A stretch of DNA of 64,000 nt from Dipteris shenzhenensis. Its lineage: Eukaryota. The DNA lies in the NCBI GenBank assembly GCA_047967505.1, contig CM106538.1, one strand, 5' to 3'. Both the position numbers and the translations under genes were made by a program. Below the pieces are notes generated by a model that searched no databases, had not been told where the DNA came from, and saw only the letters and a list, made by a program, of their open reading frames with translations. Positions 13,500-25,132 of the stretch are shown piece by piece; the first letter of the stretch is position 1, and each line of letters begins with the position of its first letter.

Positions 13500-14620
13500 A
13501 TGGCTGGATGCCATCATGACAATGATGGGGATCTCGACCTTGATGCAGAGGCTGACAACTTCCATTGAAGAAATAACAACATCAAGGTTGACGCCCCTTG
13601 GGAAAACTAGAACTTCCCAAATATAATGGTAGGGGAGACCAGCCCACTTCCTCCAGCATTTTGATACCACATGTCGAGCAGGTGGCGATCAATCCCATGA
13701 AACCAAGGTGGCTTGGTTTCCAATGGCCTTAATTGATGAAGCATCAGAATGGTACCTAGACCTTCTCGTGGAAGAATGCACCACATGGGACCTACTTCAA
13801 ACTGAATTCAAACGATGCTTTCAAACGGAGAGGTTACAAGATGATCCCGCTCTCCAACTCAGTAAGATCGAACAAGGCCGGAGGGAAGATGTACGCACAT
13901 ACCTCAGAAAGATGAAGAGATTGATCACCAAATGTGACCCACGCCCAGATGCAAAGTACCTCATGGCATTGGAGACATCGAGGATGGCATGACAGATTCA
14001 GACACTAGCAGTGATGATGGCAAATCAAATACATGAGATAAGCACTCGAAAAAGGGTAAATCAAAGGACACTACCGAAACATCCAATGAAGATCACCTAG
14101 AGGCCACCTAGAGGCCATGACCTTGAAGCTGAAAGAAGATATGATGCAGGCCATGGATCAAAAACTCCACTTGTCTCAGCCGCCAACTCAAACATATCCA
14201 CGGCGAGAAAATGTTTAGTGTCCACACTGCTTGGCAAATCATAAAGCAAATGAGTGCCCAGTCCTAAGAGCTAGGATCACTGCACAAGAAAATCCACCAC
14301 CACGGTTGTGGTGCCATATCTACATCGTCGATGGCCATGATGAGAACAGTTCCATCTTCAACATGCGCAACAATCCACCTCGACCTCCACAATACCAAGC
14401 AGCACCCATGCCAATATACAGGCAAGCAGCAATTGCACAAGTACCCCCAACTCTGAGGCTAAATGCTTTTCCCGTTCGGACACAAGTCCCACAACTACTC
14501 AGGAATCCGAATCCACGACCGTATCCAAGAGCACCAAATCCAACTCCTCAGGCAGTTCCCATACATCAATTACAAGCCGAGGTGGCAGAGGACATGCCTA
14601 TATGGATTTTCCCATGAAAA
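13500..14620 (+). pseudogene. gag pseudogene with two zinc-knuckle-like motifs
   Basis: FPMALIDEASEWY...TWDLLQTEFKRCF...IEQGRREDVRTY retrotransposon-gag signature; CPHCLANHKANEC and degenerate WCHIYIVDGHDENS. Confidence 0.8.
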
Positions 14621-15289
14621 ATAAGGTCCCAGAACAAACAAAGACTAAGCCTGACGTCCCCATCAGCATCATTGGGTGGACCATCAAAGTCTGGGTTTGG
14701 CAAGTGTAAAGTCACAACCTGTCAATGTAATTACACGCCAATAGAAAGAGGCCACCAAGGATCCTAACATTCCAATCCAACCAAAGTGACTTCTGAAAAA
14801 GAAAGCACAAGTGCCTCCCCCTCAGCCAAGCAATGAGCAACCGAGCTCATCCACATCAACTCTTGAGCCTCAAATAAAAGAAACTCCATACCCGAATGCA
14901 AAGGTGGAGAAGGCTCGTTTTCAGGTACTTCAGCAATGGGTCCAAAATGAACAAGCTCAATTTGAGGCTGAGAAACAAGCTTAAGACCCAATCCATGACT
15001 TGGCCCCACAAAGTATTGATATTGTACTCAAGCCTTTGTTCCAACAACAGACTCCACAACAGAATGTACCGCTATGTCAACTTGAAGGAGCCGCACTCTC
15101 TAGCATCCTGAGTTGCCCTATGTCAATTCCCATCGGAATCCTCCTACGAAACTATCCCAATCTCTGGGAGAGTTTCAAAGGATGGATTCAACTTGCAAAT
15201 CCCCCTCCACCTATGAACGACATTGAAGACATCCCTGTGCGGATGGGTGAGAGAGATGACATATGCAACATTACTATGCCTTTGATCTA

Positions 15290-18200
15290 GAAGGCATATA
15301 ATGAAGTCCAAGCCATAGTGGATGGTGGAGCAGGTGTCAATGTCCTATCAAAGGAGATCTACGAAGAATGGGGTCTCCCACCAATGCAAAAGGCTAATTT
15401 TAACATACGCCTTGCTGATGATTTATGGGCTAAACCCTTGGGAATAGTGAATGGCATGTCCACAAAGATTGCAGGAGTCTGCTTTTCCCTTCAATTCACA
15501 ATCTTGGATCTCCCCAAAAAATCCTATCAAATCTTACTAGGATGTCCTTGGTTACGGGAACCATCAGTCCTCCATGACTGGGGAACTGATAGACTGACAA
15601 TCCAGAATCGAGACACTGCAATCAAGGTGAATGTGGGGATAGAAGCTATTAAACCAATTGTTCCTAGAGCATTGGGTGACACATCTTCCACGACAATCTC
15701 AAGCAAATCAGCTCCCTTGCGACATCATGCCATAGCAGGTGACTCACAAAGCAATGTTAATAACTGGATACAAACATTGGCAACCATCGACAACTGCCAT
15801 TCATTAGACCCCATCTTCTCACAGATAGATGCTAATGCACTATAGGTCGATCCTCCATCGACACATGAAGAACCAATCAATCTAGAGATGCCATTCTTTA
15901 TGGCTGACCTCGAATGGGATAATGAACCTAAAGAAGATACCAATACCAATGATGACTCTGATTTTCCTTGGGACCTTGAAACAGAGGCTGCGAATGTTGA
16001 AATTGAAGATCAAATCTTTGATAATGACCTAGCCATTCTGCATGCCCTAATGGCAGTCAAGCTCCCAAAAGTTGAACCTCCATAGTTGAATAATAGTAGA
16101 AGATCCCACAAGAAAGCTGCAAGAGGAAATCACAGGAAAGCCAAGGCCGAGCACTTTAATGAATTCGAATGAGTCCAATCAAGGATTGTCGAATTGTACC
16201 TTGCAAAGTCAGCTCCCTCAAAATCAGAACCATTGCCTCTTGAATGGTCCCCTGAGGGACTAGAAGGAGTATGTGCAGCACATGAACCCTTACTTGGAAA
16301 CACCTTACTAGTGGAAAAGTTACCCCACAGTTCCCAACATAAGAAGTTTCGGAAATATAAGCCACATGTGCGGATGAAGCTCGATCAAGCAATTTCAGAA
16401 AAAGAAAGAAAAGAAGAGCCTAACAAATTAATCAATGCAACTATGCCACCCAGTACACATGACACATGTCAGGCTAGTTCAACCCCATCAGAGGCCGATC
16501 TTCAAGAAGTGCTAGAATACTTCAAGAATTATACAAGTGATAGTGCAATAGTGCACCAATAGCAATGCCAAGACCACTCACAGAGTCTGAAGTTCAAGAA
16601 ATTGATAGCATTGGAGAAACTCCAATATATGAGGGACCGGCAAAAACATGCACAATAAACCTTGCCCTTGAAGGGGAGGAAGAGAAATTGGTTTTCATTG
16701 GGAAACAACTCCGTCAAGAAGATGAAACCAAACTCAAAGAACCCCTAATGGAATACCATGACTGCCTAGCATGGTCATACAAAGAGATGAAAGGAATTTC
16801 ACCAAAAGTGGTAGTACACACGATACCTATAAGGGAAGGTGCTCACCCTAAGGTATGTGGACCTTATCGCACAAATCCTAAATATGGCACCATGGTTTAT
16901 GACAAGCTAGAAAAACTCCTAGATGCCGGATTCATCTACGAGATAGAGCACACTGATTGGGTTTCACCCATTGTCATTGTACCTGAATGCAACAAGAAGC
17001 TCAGAATATGCATAAACTTAAAAAATGTGAATGTCGCTACAATTAGAGATCACTATCCTCTACCCTTAACAGAAACAGTGTTGGAAAAGGTGACAGGATC
17101 CGAAATATATAGCTTCTTGGATGGCTTCAATGGCTATAACCAAGTACACATTGCTCCTCAAGACAATCAAAAACAGCATGTGCTATAGAATGGGGTATTT
17201 TTGCATATAGAGTCATGCCATTCGGCCTTTGTAATGCCCCAGCCACATTCTAGCGAGTCATGTTCATAGCTTTCAAGTCATCTTTGAATAAGTCTTTACA
17301 GGTGTTCTTGGATGATTTGTGCATCCATTCAAACAAACAGGACCACTTCAAATGTCTTGAAGAAGTACTAATCAAATGTAGGGAGTATGGCATCTCCCTA
17401 AATCCAACAAAATGCTTGTTCATGGTCACCCATAGAGTTGTTTTGGGACACATTGTCTCTCAACATGGGATTGCAACTGACATGGACAAAATCAAAATCA
17501 TCATGGAATTGCCTCCTTCTACAAATTCCAAAGGTGTACAGGTCTTTATGGGACATGCCGGCTATTATAGAAGATTTATATTATGGTATGCCATGATAGC
17601 TAGACCACTTTACAAATTATTAGTGGAGTTCTTATGGACCGAAGAGTGCGACCAAGCCTTTGAGCGTTTAAAGTGGCACCTAATCACAACACCCATCCTT
17701 ATATCTCCCAATTGGGATATTGATTTTCATGTACATACTGATGGATCCAAGTATGCAATTGGGAGTGTGCTTTGTCAACCTAGTGAACATAAGAAAGACT
17801 ACCCCTTCTACTTTGCCAGTCGATAACTCAATGATGCAGAGATCAACTATACAACCACAGAACGAGAAGCCCTAGCAATGGTGTATAGCGTAAAGAAATT
17901 TTGGCACTATCTCCTCGCAAATGATTTTGTCTTCTACATTGACCATCAAGCATTGCTTTATCTTGTGAACCGTCCGTGTACCACAGGAAGAATAACCAGA
18001 TGGCTCCTCTTGCTGCAAGAATTCAACTTCAAAATCGTGGTCCGCGAAAGTGCCCAACACTACATTGCCGATCACATGTCTCGAGTCAAGACAAGAGAAG
18101 AAGCCACTGGAGTAGAAGACAACTTACCAGATGCCACACTATTTCAAATAGATGCTGTTCTAGAATGGTATGGAGATATCATTGGGTACGTGATGGCAGG

Positions 18201-19430
18201 AAGACCACCCTTTGACATGAAAGTAGTAGATGCTAGAAAATTGATTCTAAAAATTGCACCCTATCAACCCATTGCAAGACAACTGTACAAGATGGGCAAG
18301 GACTAGATATTAAGAAGATGTGTAATGCCTCATGAGATCATGCCAATCCTGAGTGAAGTCCATGAAGGCATTGCAGGAGGACACTTCCAAGGGGAAGCCA
18401 CAGCAAGAAAAGTTCTCCTTGCAAGCTACTGGTGGCCAACACTATGGGCAGATGCCTATGAATATGTAAAAGGCTGTGATGTTTGTCAACGGACTATTTA
18501 ACCACAACACAAAGACTTCAATCCCCTAACACCAATTGTTGCATAGAAACCATTTGAAAAATGGGGGATGGACTATGTGGGTCCCATACATCTAGCAGCA
18601 AAAGGAACACAGGCATGCTACATCATTGTGGCCACTGATTACTTTACAAAATGGGCTGAAGCTAAAGTAGTCAGAAAGGTAGATGCCAGAAGCACAGCAA
18701 GATTCTTATACAAAAATGTGATCACCTGATTCGGATGCCCCATTGAAATTGTGTCAGATAGAGGCACACATTTTGTCAATGAGGTAATCCAAGAACTCTT
18801 GTCTGGCTTCATGGTAATCCATAGAAAAGGCACACCCTACTACCCCCAAGGAAATGGACTAGCAGAATCCACAAACAAAATAATATGCATTATCCTCACC
18901 AAGGTAGTAGAACCACAATGTTTTGATTGGTCAGAGAAACTGAATGTAGCCTTATGGGCATATAGAACCACATTTTGGTGTACGGCCTTGAAGCTGTGGT
19001 CCCACTCGAATGTGTAATACCAAGTCTACGCATCGCAGTATAGGAACGCATGGGTGACCATGAATCCTTGAAAGAAAGGCTCTATCAGTTGGAAAAGCAT
19101 ACAGAGACAAGACTAGTTGCCTACCATGCCATGACAACATAAAAACGTAGAGGAAAGGCATGGTTTGACAGAAACCTTGAAGCTAAAGACATCAAGGAAG
19201 GTGACTTAGTCTTGTTATACAATGCCAATGTACATAAGGGGAAACTGAAGTATCTAGGTCAAGGACCATACCGAGTACAAAAGGTGAATCCCATCGAAGC
19301 TGTACTGCTTGAAACATTGGATGGAGTCCAATTCAACACAATAATAAATGGGAGTGAAGCGCTACTACATCAACACGCAAGCCATCCCCGACAAAAATGA
19401 AGATTTGGGAAACCAAGTATTCCTTAGTTA
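15290..19430 (+). pseudogene. pol pseudogene (protease, RT, RNase H, integrase)
   Basis: VDGGAGVNVL...ILLGCPWL protease; WVSPIVIV, FLDGFNGYNQ, VFLDDLCI RT; HTDGSKYAIG RNase H; GGHF...CDVCQR, SDRGTHF, YYPQGNGLAE, GPYRV integrase. Confidence 0.93.
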
Positions 19431-19758
19431 GGATTAGATTGTATCACGAGCACTCACTTGCATATGTATGTCTTCGCACATATAGGTAGCATCAATCGAT
19501 TTTACCTAGGGCTCAGAAGTGATGAATGAGTTCTAGCTGCCCTGTGAAAATCCTAGCAAAAAAGCATATAGTTAGTCCCTACCTAGCTACTAGGTCATGT
19601 ACACTCACACGCTTTCACTTAGACACATAGATGATTGCATGAACAATTGTACCACACACTTTCATTCCACACTCTCAAAGGAATTATAAAAAAAGATCTC
19701 TCTCCCACACACACACACACAGAAAGGTCATACCGGCATGCCAATCAATGTATAGGAC

Positions 19759-22300
19759 ATGCACATGGAAGCAGGTTCTGAAAAGATGTCGCCACTAAAG
19801 AGGATGCGCAGAAAGAGCCCACCGCCTCAACCATGGGACCCCCTCCAGAATTCACAGCCATCTACATCCTCTCAACCATGGAGACCACAGGCATTCGTGG
19901 TCCAAAGCGATAGCTCCGAAGAAGATTCAGTGCATGACCAAGCAGAACAAATGCCACCCCAATCACAACCAGCCTACACAACCATTAACAAGGCCCAATC
20001 ACTAGAACTTGTATGGCCACCCACATCGACTTATGCTCTTTCCCAGGATGCAACATTTTACTTAGAGCGGGGTCTAGGCAGTTTGCATGAGAGCCTCAAA
20101 TCCTTGGAGGACAATCCTACCCTGACCAGCTACATCAAGGACTTTCTCCATTCTTACTACTCCAGCAATGCAAAAGATGGCAAGTACGCTACAATCACTG
20201 TACAACAGAGCCCACTCAACGTTATCCTCGATAGTATAGTCATTCAAAAGGCTTTCTCACTACACAACAAGGTGGCAAATACCCTAAACGGTCTGCTGAT
20301 GCAAAGTTTATTGAAGTATAGTCTCTCCTCACCAAGGGCACATTGATCCATAGAGATGGCATATTGCTTCGCACAATCCTTGACCATCGCCTCAAGGAAG
20401 CAACACAATTCCTATCCACAATCCTGGGAATTAAGTAAGGTAAAGATGCTCCCTTCCACTCTGCACATTTGTTTTGCTGAGTAGGAAGCTAAAACAAGAC
20501 TGGGTCCAACACTTCGTCATTTTCTTTACAAAAAAACTCGATGGTTCTTCAGGCCAAAAATGTAAAATTCCACACTTATTGGCTATAATCATAAAAAAAG
20601 AACTACAAGAAAGAGAAATGACTCTACCCCAGTTACCAAAACCAATTAAGGAGTTGGACATACCCTTCTCACCAGTATGGGAGCCGTTATCAACTTCTCC
20701 AACTATCACATTGATAAGTGCAGATGCCTTAGCAGAAGTACCTAATTTGGAGGTCAGGATTGCAGAATTGCCCCATGAGATGCTACAGCTCGGTGCACAA
20801 CTGCAACCAATAAGTCTCCACCAACAGCACCAACTAGAGCTCGAGACAAGATCGGCACCCGAATTGGAGGAAAGATCGGCACTAGAGCCTAAGACTACAT
20901 CAGCACTCGAACCACCCATTGACGCCATGCCAGTCGATGAGCCACAAGGGGAGCTATCAATAGTATGACTATTGTACACAAGGGATTGAAATGCCATTGG
21001 AACAACCTCCCCCAAGTATGGCTACATGGGCACCACTTGTATCAGCAATACCACTAGACCTCATCACCATCTATCATTCTCCAACATCAAGCTAGCCAAA
21101 TGATCCAAATGTCAGAACTATTCACTAGCTTGGCCAAGGAAGAATATGCAAGAGAATTGGAAAGGCAGACTGCATCAGAAATCGAAGACCAATTCCAGGC
21201 AATCACCATAGAGGTCAAGGCACTTCGGGCACAGATAGATGAGAAGGAGGTAGAAGAAGTGTGCATGAACCAAGCTCTCCAAGCTCAAGAGCAGGCAGTA
21301 AGGGATGTGACCTCCAACCTCCACCAAAGTCAAACACAGCTGACTGTGGTAGTAGAAGCAACGGCAATCCTATAGACCTACTATAACTCCTTGACATCTG
21401 CACATGCACAACAGACGGAGGTAGTGGCACAAGCTCGACTCACTCTAATTCACAAAGAAGAAGAGCTCTAGGATTGCAAAGATAAGCTTGAAGACATGAA
21501 ACAATCTTTGGCAGTACGTGCCTTCAGCATTGATGAGCTTACAAGGGAATGCCGAATCTTAAAAGACCAACTTGCTATCGTTCAAGAGGCCAGCACTTCA
21601 CAAGCCCAAGTCTTGGACCAATGGTCCAATACCACCGAAGACATTCCTCAACAGGCAAAGGTCACCTTGCAAATGAGAAAGCTTAAGGAGGCATACACAA
21701 CCATCTACCATCAATACAAAGAAAAAATGAATGAGATGCACTCCCAAAAAATAATCATCTCCAAGCTTGAACTCCAATTGCTAGTGCACAACAATGAGGC
21801 ATTGGAAGACAACACCAATGACACCCCACTACAATGCACAACCGTGGTGTAGCAAGAGCTTGTGGATGCTCTATAAGTGGAAGATCACCTCAATGCATGC
21901 GTGCTTATCCAATGGAAGCAACTCCAAATCAGGATCATATCTACTCATCCAACAATCAATTGGGAATGTTCCATCGGGACTAAAACCCTGTGTATAATTT
22001 GCCAAGACTTGTTTGAATATGAGAAGAATATCTTCTGCCTGTCTACACATGTCGGGTTTATAACACTCAGGATGGATGCTTTCATTGCATATCTCTGCCT
22101 CATGGGTAGTCCTCCCCTTAGGGTTATTGTAGGTTTGTTGCCATTGCTACAAAGGCCATCCCTATTATTTGCACGGCATGACATAATTGACATCCCACCC
22201 ATGCAGCTGATTATCCCATCGCACTAGCAAAAAGAAGTGTCGAAAGATGACAAGGCCTATCTCACATCCAACTTCCCATATCTAACCACTCTTTCTGCCA
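19759..22300 (+). pseudogene. Extra ORF 1 (env-position ORF): plant-transposon-like domain, coiled coil and Cys-rich tail; frameshifted
   Basis: Sense ORF pieces 19759-20346, 20474-20968, 21100-21375, 21496-21852, 21877-22227; DWVQHFVIFF...KIPHLLAII motif; heptad-like E/Q/K/L-rich stretch; CIICQDLF. Confidence 0.6.
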
Positions 22301-22564
22301 ACATCATAACCTCACTTCCCCCTTGCTGCTACCACCATCTTAACCTTCCCCGAGCTCCATCCTCACATCTATTCCCTCCGTCGTCTCTGTGCTCATGCCT
22401 CTCACCATTTTCAACTTACCCAACAGTCACAAACTTATGAGCCCCTTACACCTAGCTTTTTCCCCTCCCTTGCTAATCCTACCCTTGAGGATTACCAAGC
22501 TGTTCAAACCATTTGCCCAATTCTTCACCCCCTCCCTTGTGCTCCCCCTTCCGCCACTATCACT

Positions 22565-23453
22565 TTGCCATATTTCTCCCCAATGTCCCCTGATTCTCTC
22601 CATGCCCCATCATCACCTCCGACACTTCTGGTGCTTCCATCAGTAATGACACAGTATTCGATTTTGAATATTAGGATTTGGATAACTTCCAATGATGGGT
22701 ATGATTTTGATGAGATACCACTTCCTAGTAACCCCATCAAGGAATTTTGGAGCAAATATCCTGATATGAAAACTGGAGGTGGATGGACCCTGGACAACTT
22801 TCCTACCGGCCTTTGTCAGCGTCAAATTAGTGAAGGTTGGATTATCAAGTTGGATCCACAACCTGATTGGTGCCGTCCCAAGCTCTTTGATGTAATCTTT
22901 TTAAAGGAGTACTTACGGGCACCTCCATGTCTTAGAACCCATCCCAAGTTCTATGTAGTTCCACGGCCTAAAAAATGGGAAGCCAACATACACACTTTGG
23001 CTGAAGATCGAGTCATTAATTGGCCAATGATTGAAGCCTACTCTGGTGTAGAATGGAATATCCAAGGCACAATGGTACGAGCACTTCAGCAGCATGAACA
23101 AATAATGCGCGGCAACATTGATCGCTTCCTTCACCAAAGTGCTATATTCTGTAAAACATTGGAATTCATTCTGGAGGTCCCATGTTACCTTGATTCCCAT
23201 TTGCCTCCACTCAGCTTTAATCCCAATGAAAGGGTTGATGCTCAAATTACAAGTTGGCTCTATCAAAGAGTGATCTTCTTAGAGCACGCCACATATCTCT
23301 GTTCGAGCAAATGGTGGATAGAGGCTACCTAGAAACTGCACAAAAATTGTATGGTGCCAAGGCTTTATAGCAGGATCGACTGGCACAACACAAGTTCCAT
23401 AGCCATTGGACTAAAAATATGGTAGCCCAGGTACGTGATCGCAATAAGCCATA
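22565..23453 (+). CDS. Extra ORF 2, unknown function (255 aa open; probable frameshifted extension to 23453)
   Basis: Uninterrupted ORF 22565-23332 with globular composition; a shifted frame continues ISLFEQMVDRGYLETAQKLYG...RDRNKP* and ends 35 bp before the 3' LTR. Confidence 0.55.
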
Positions 23454-23488
23454 ACTCGAGGACGAGTAATAAAATGGATCCGGGAGTA

Positions 23489-24654
23489 TGTTGACTCTGT
23501 GCCAACATGAACTTATGTAGAAAGAGAATGCGATACAACTTTGTGTTACAACTTTATGATACAACTTTATGTTACACTTTGTGTTACAATTTTGTGATAC
23601 AACTTTGTGACACAACTTTGTGTTACAACTTCTACATGTAGAAAGAGAATGTGTTACAACTTTGTGATACAACTTTGTGTTACAACTTTGTGTTACAACT
23701 TTATGATACAACTTTGTGTTACAACTTTGTGTTACAACTTTGTGATACAACTTTGTGTTACAAATTTGTGTTACATGCAGAGAGAGAAGCTCTCCAACTT
23801 GTATAAATACCCCATAATGGAATGAAGCCCACACTCTTTGGGGCATTGTGTTGAGTCTACTTTGGTATTCCAAGCATTTGTCTCAAGTGTCCATGCTTCC
23901 TTGCACTCCACGTCCAAAAGCATGTCCTAACCTTGCAACTCCTCCTCCCCTCTCCTCCAACCTTGCAACCCATCTTCTCCCTCTCCTCCTCCCTCCTCCC
24001 TCCTCCTCCTCCTCCTTCCTCCTCCTCCTCCTCCTCTCTTCTCCTCCTCCCTCCTCCTCCTCCCTCCTCTCTCTTCTTTCCCCCATGCTCTTACACCTTC
24101 TTCCTATCCCACTCCTATGCTCCCACTAAACCCTTTGTTCCTCAACCCTTAAAACTCCATGATCTATGAGGGAGATGAGTTCTTCACCATGTACTCTATC
24201 CTGAACCTTGGAACCTCCTTCTAAACCCTAGAATCTCCTTCTAGACCCTAGAACTCCTTCTAAAACCTGGAACCTCCTTATGAACCTTGGATCCTTCTTC
24301 TAACCCTAGACTCCTTCTAAACCCCTAACCCTGGACTGCTTCTAAACCCTGGAACCTCCTTCTGAACCCCAGAACCTCCTTCTAACCCTTAAACTCCTCC
24401 TAAACCCTATAACCCCCAATGAAGGCGAAAGCCTTCATTACCTCAACAAAGATGATTTACGTTCCTTTTACACATGCATGCACTTTGTTTGCTTACCACA
24501 CTTAAGCCTATGTCTCTCACCGGAACACGACTCGAGGTCCTAAGCTACACGTATACTACAATCGACAACTCTAATATATCTATAGGTGACAAAAAGCCTC
24601 GGAACCCTGCAAACATAGAATACCTAGCTCTTCCTATGAAAGCAGTAGGAAAGA
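23489..24654 (+). repeat. 3' LTR (last 7 bp missing)
   Basis: Collinear with 10517-11693 until ...gcagtaggaaaga; terminal gcaaaca is absent. Confidence 0.9.
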
Positions 24655-25057
24655 AATAGGGACAATGACATCTTATTTTTAATATAGTAGAGCAACAAGC
24701 TAGAGAATTGGCAGAGGAGGAATGGGGTGAGAGCTAGGCAAAGGGGCTTTGAATAATGAGAAAGATACAAAGCTAGCCGATAGGGGCTTTGAGAAAAGAG
24801 AATGATGAAGAGGGAAAAAAGAGGATGTGAAAAAGCACGTTGACCACCATGGGCTCCTATTGCTTGATATTGCATGCATCATTGAGGGTTTAGTAGGGTG
24901 AGTGTGCCACATGGTGCAACCTCCAAAATCCTACAAGATGCCTTTATAGAGGACTTTGAGGGCTGCTCTTGTGCAATGTGGCCATCCTAGCAGCCTTCTT
25001 ACTTGTCCCAAAGAACCTTTAATGCACCCCAAAGCAACACCCCAAAGCAACCCCCCA

Positions 25058-25093
<36 letters not shown>

Positions 25094-25132
25094 GACACAC
25101 ACAGACACACAGACACACACACACACACACAC
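25058..25132. repeat. Compound (CT)n(CA)n microsatellite
   Basis: Read directly. Confidence 0.95.

Larger units (their letters stand above)
10517..24654 (+). mobile_element. Athila-like (non-chromovirus) Ty3/gypsy LTR retrotransposon with extra 3' ORFs
   Basis: Paired ~1.17 kb direct repeats starting tgttgactctgtgcc; tRNA-Asp-type PBS; gag-PR-RT-RH-INT with no chromodomain and no extra archaeal RNase H seen; ~3.7 kb coding-like region between integrase and the 3' LTR. Confidence 0.88.
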
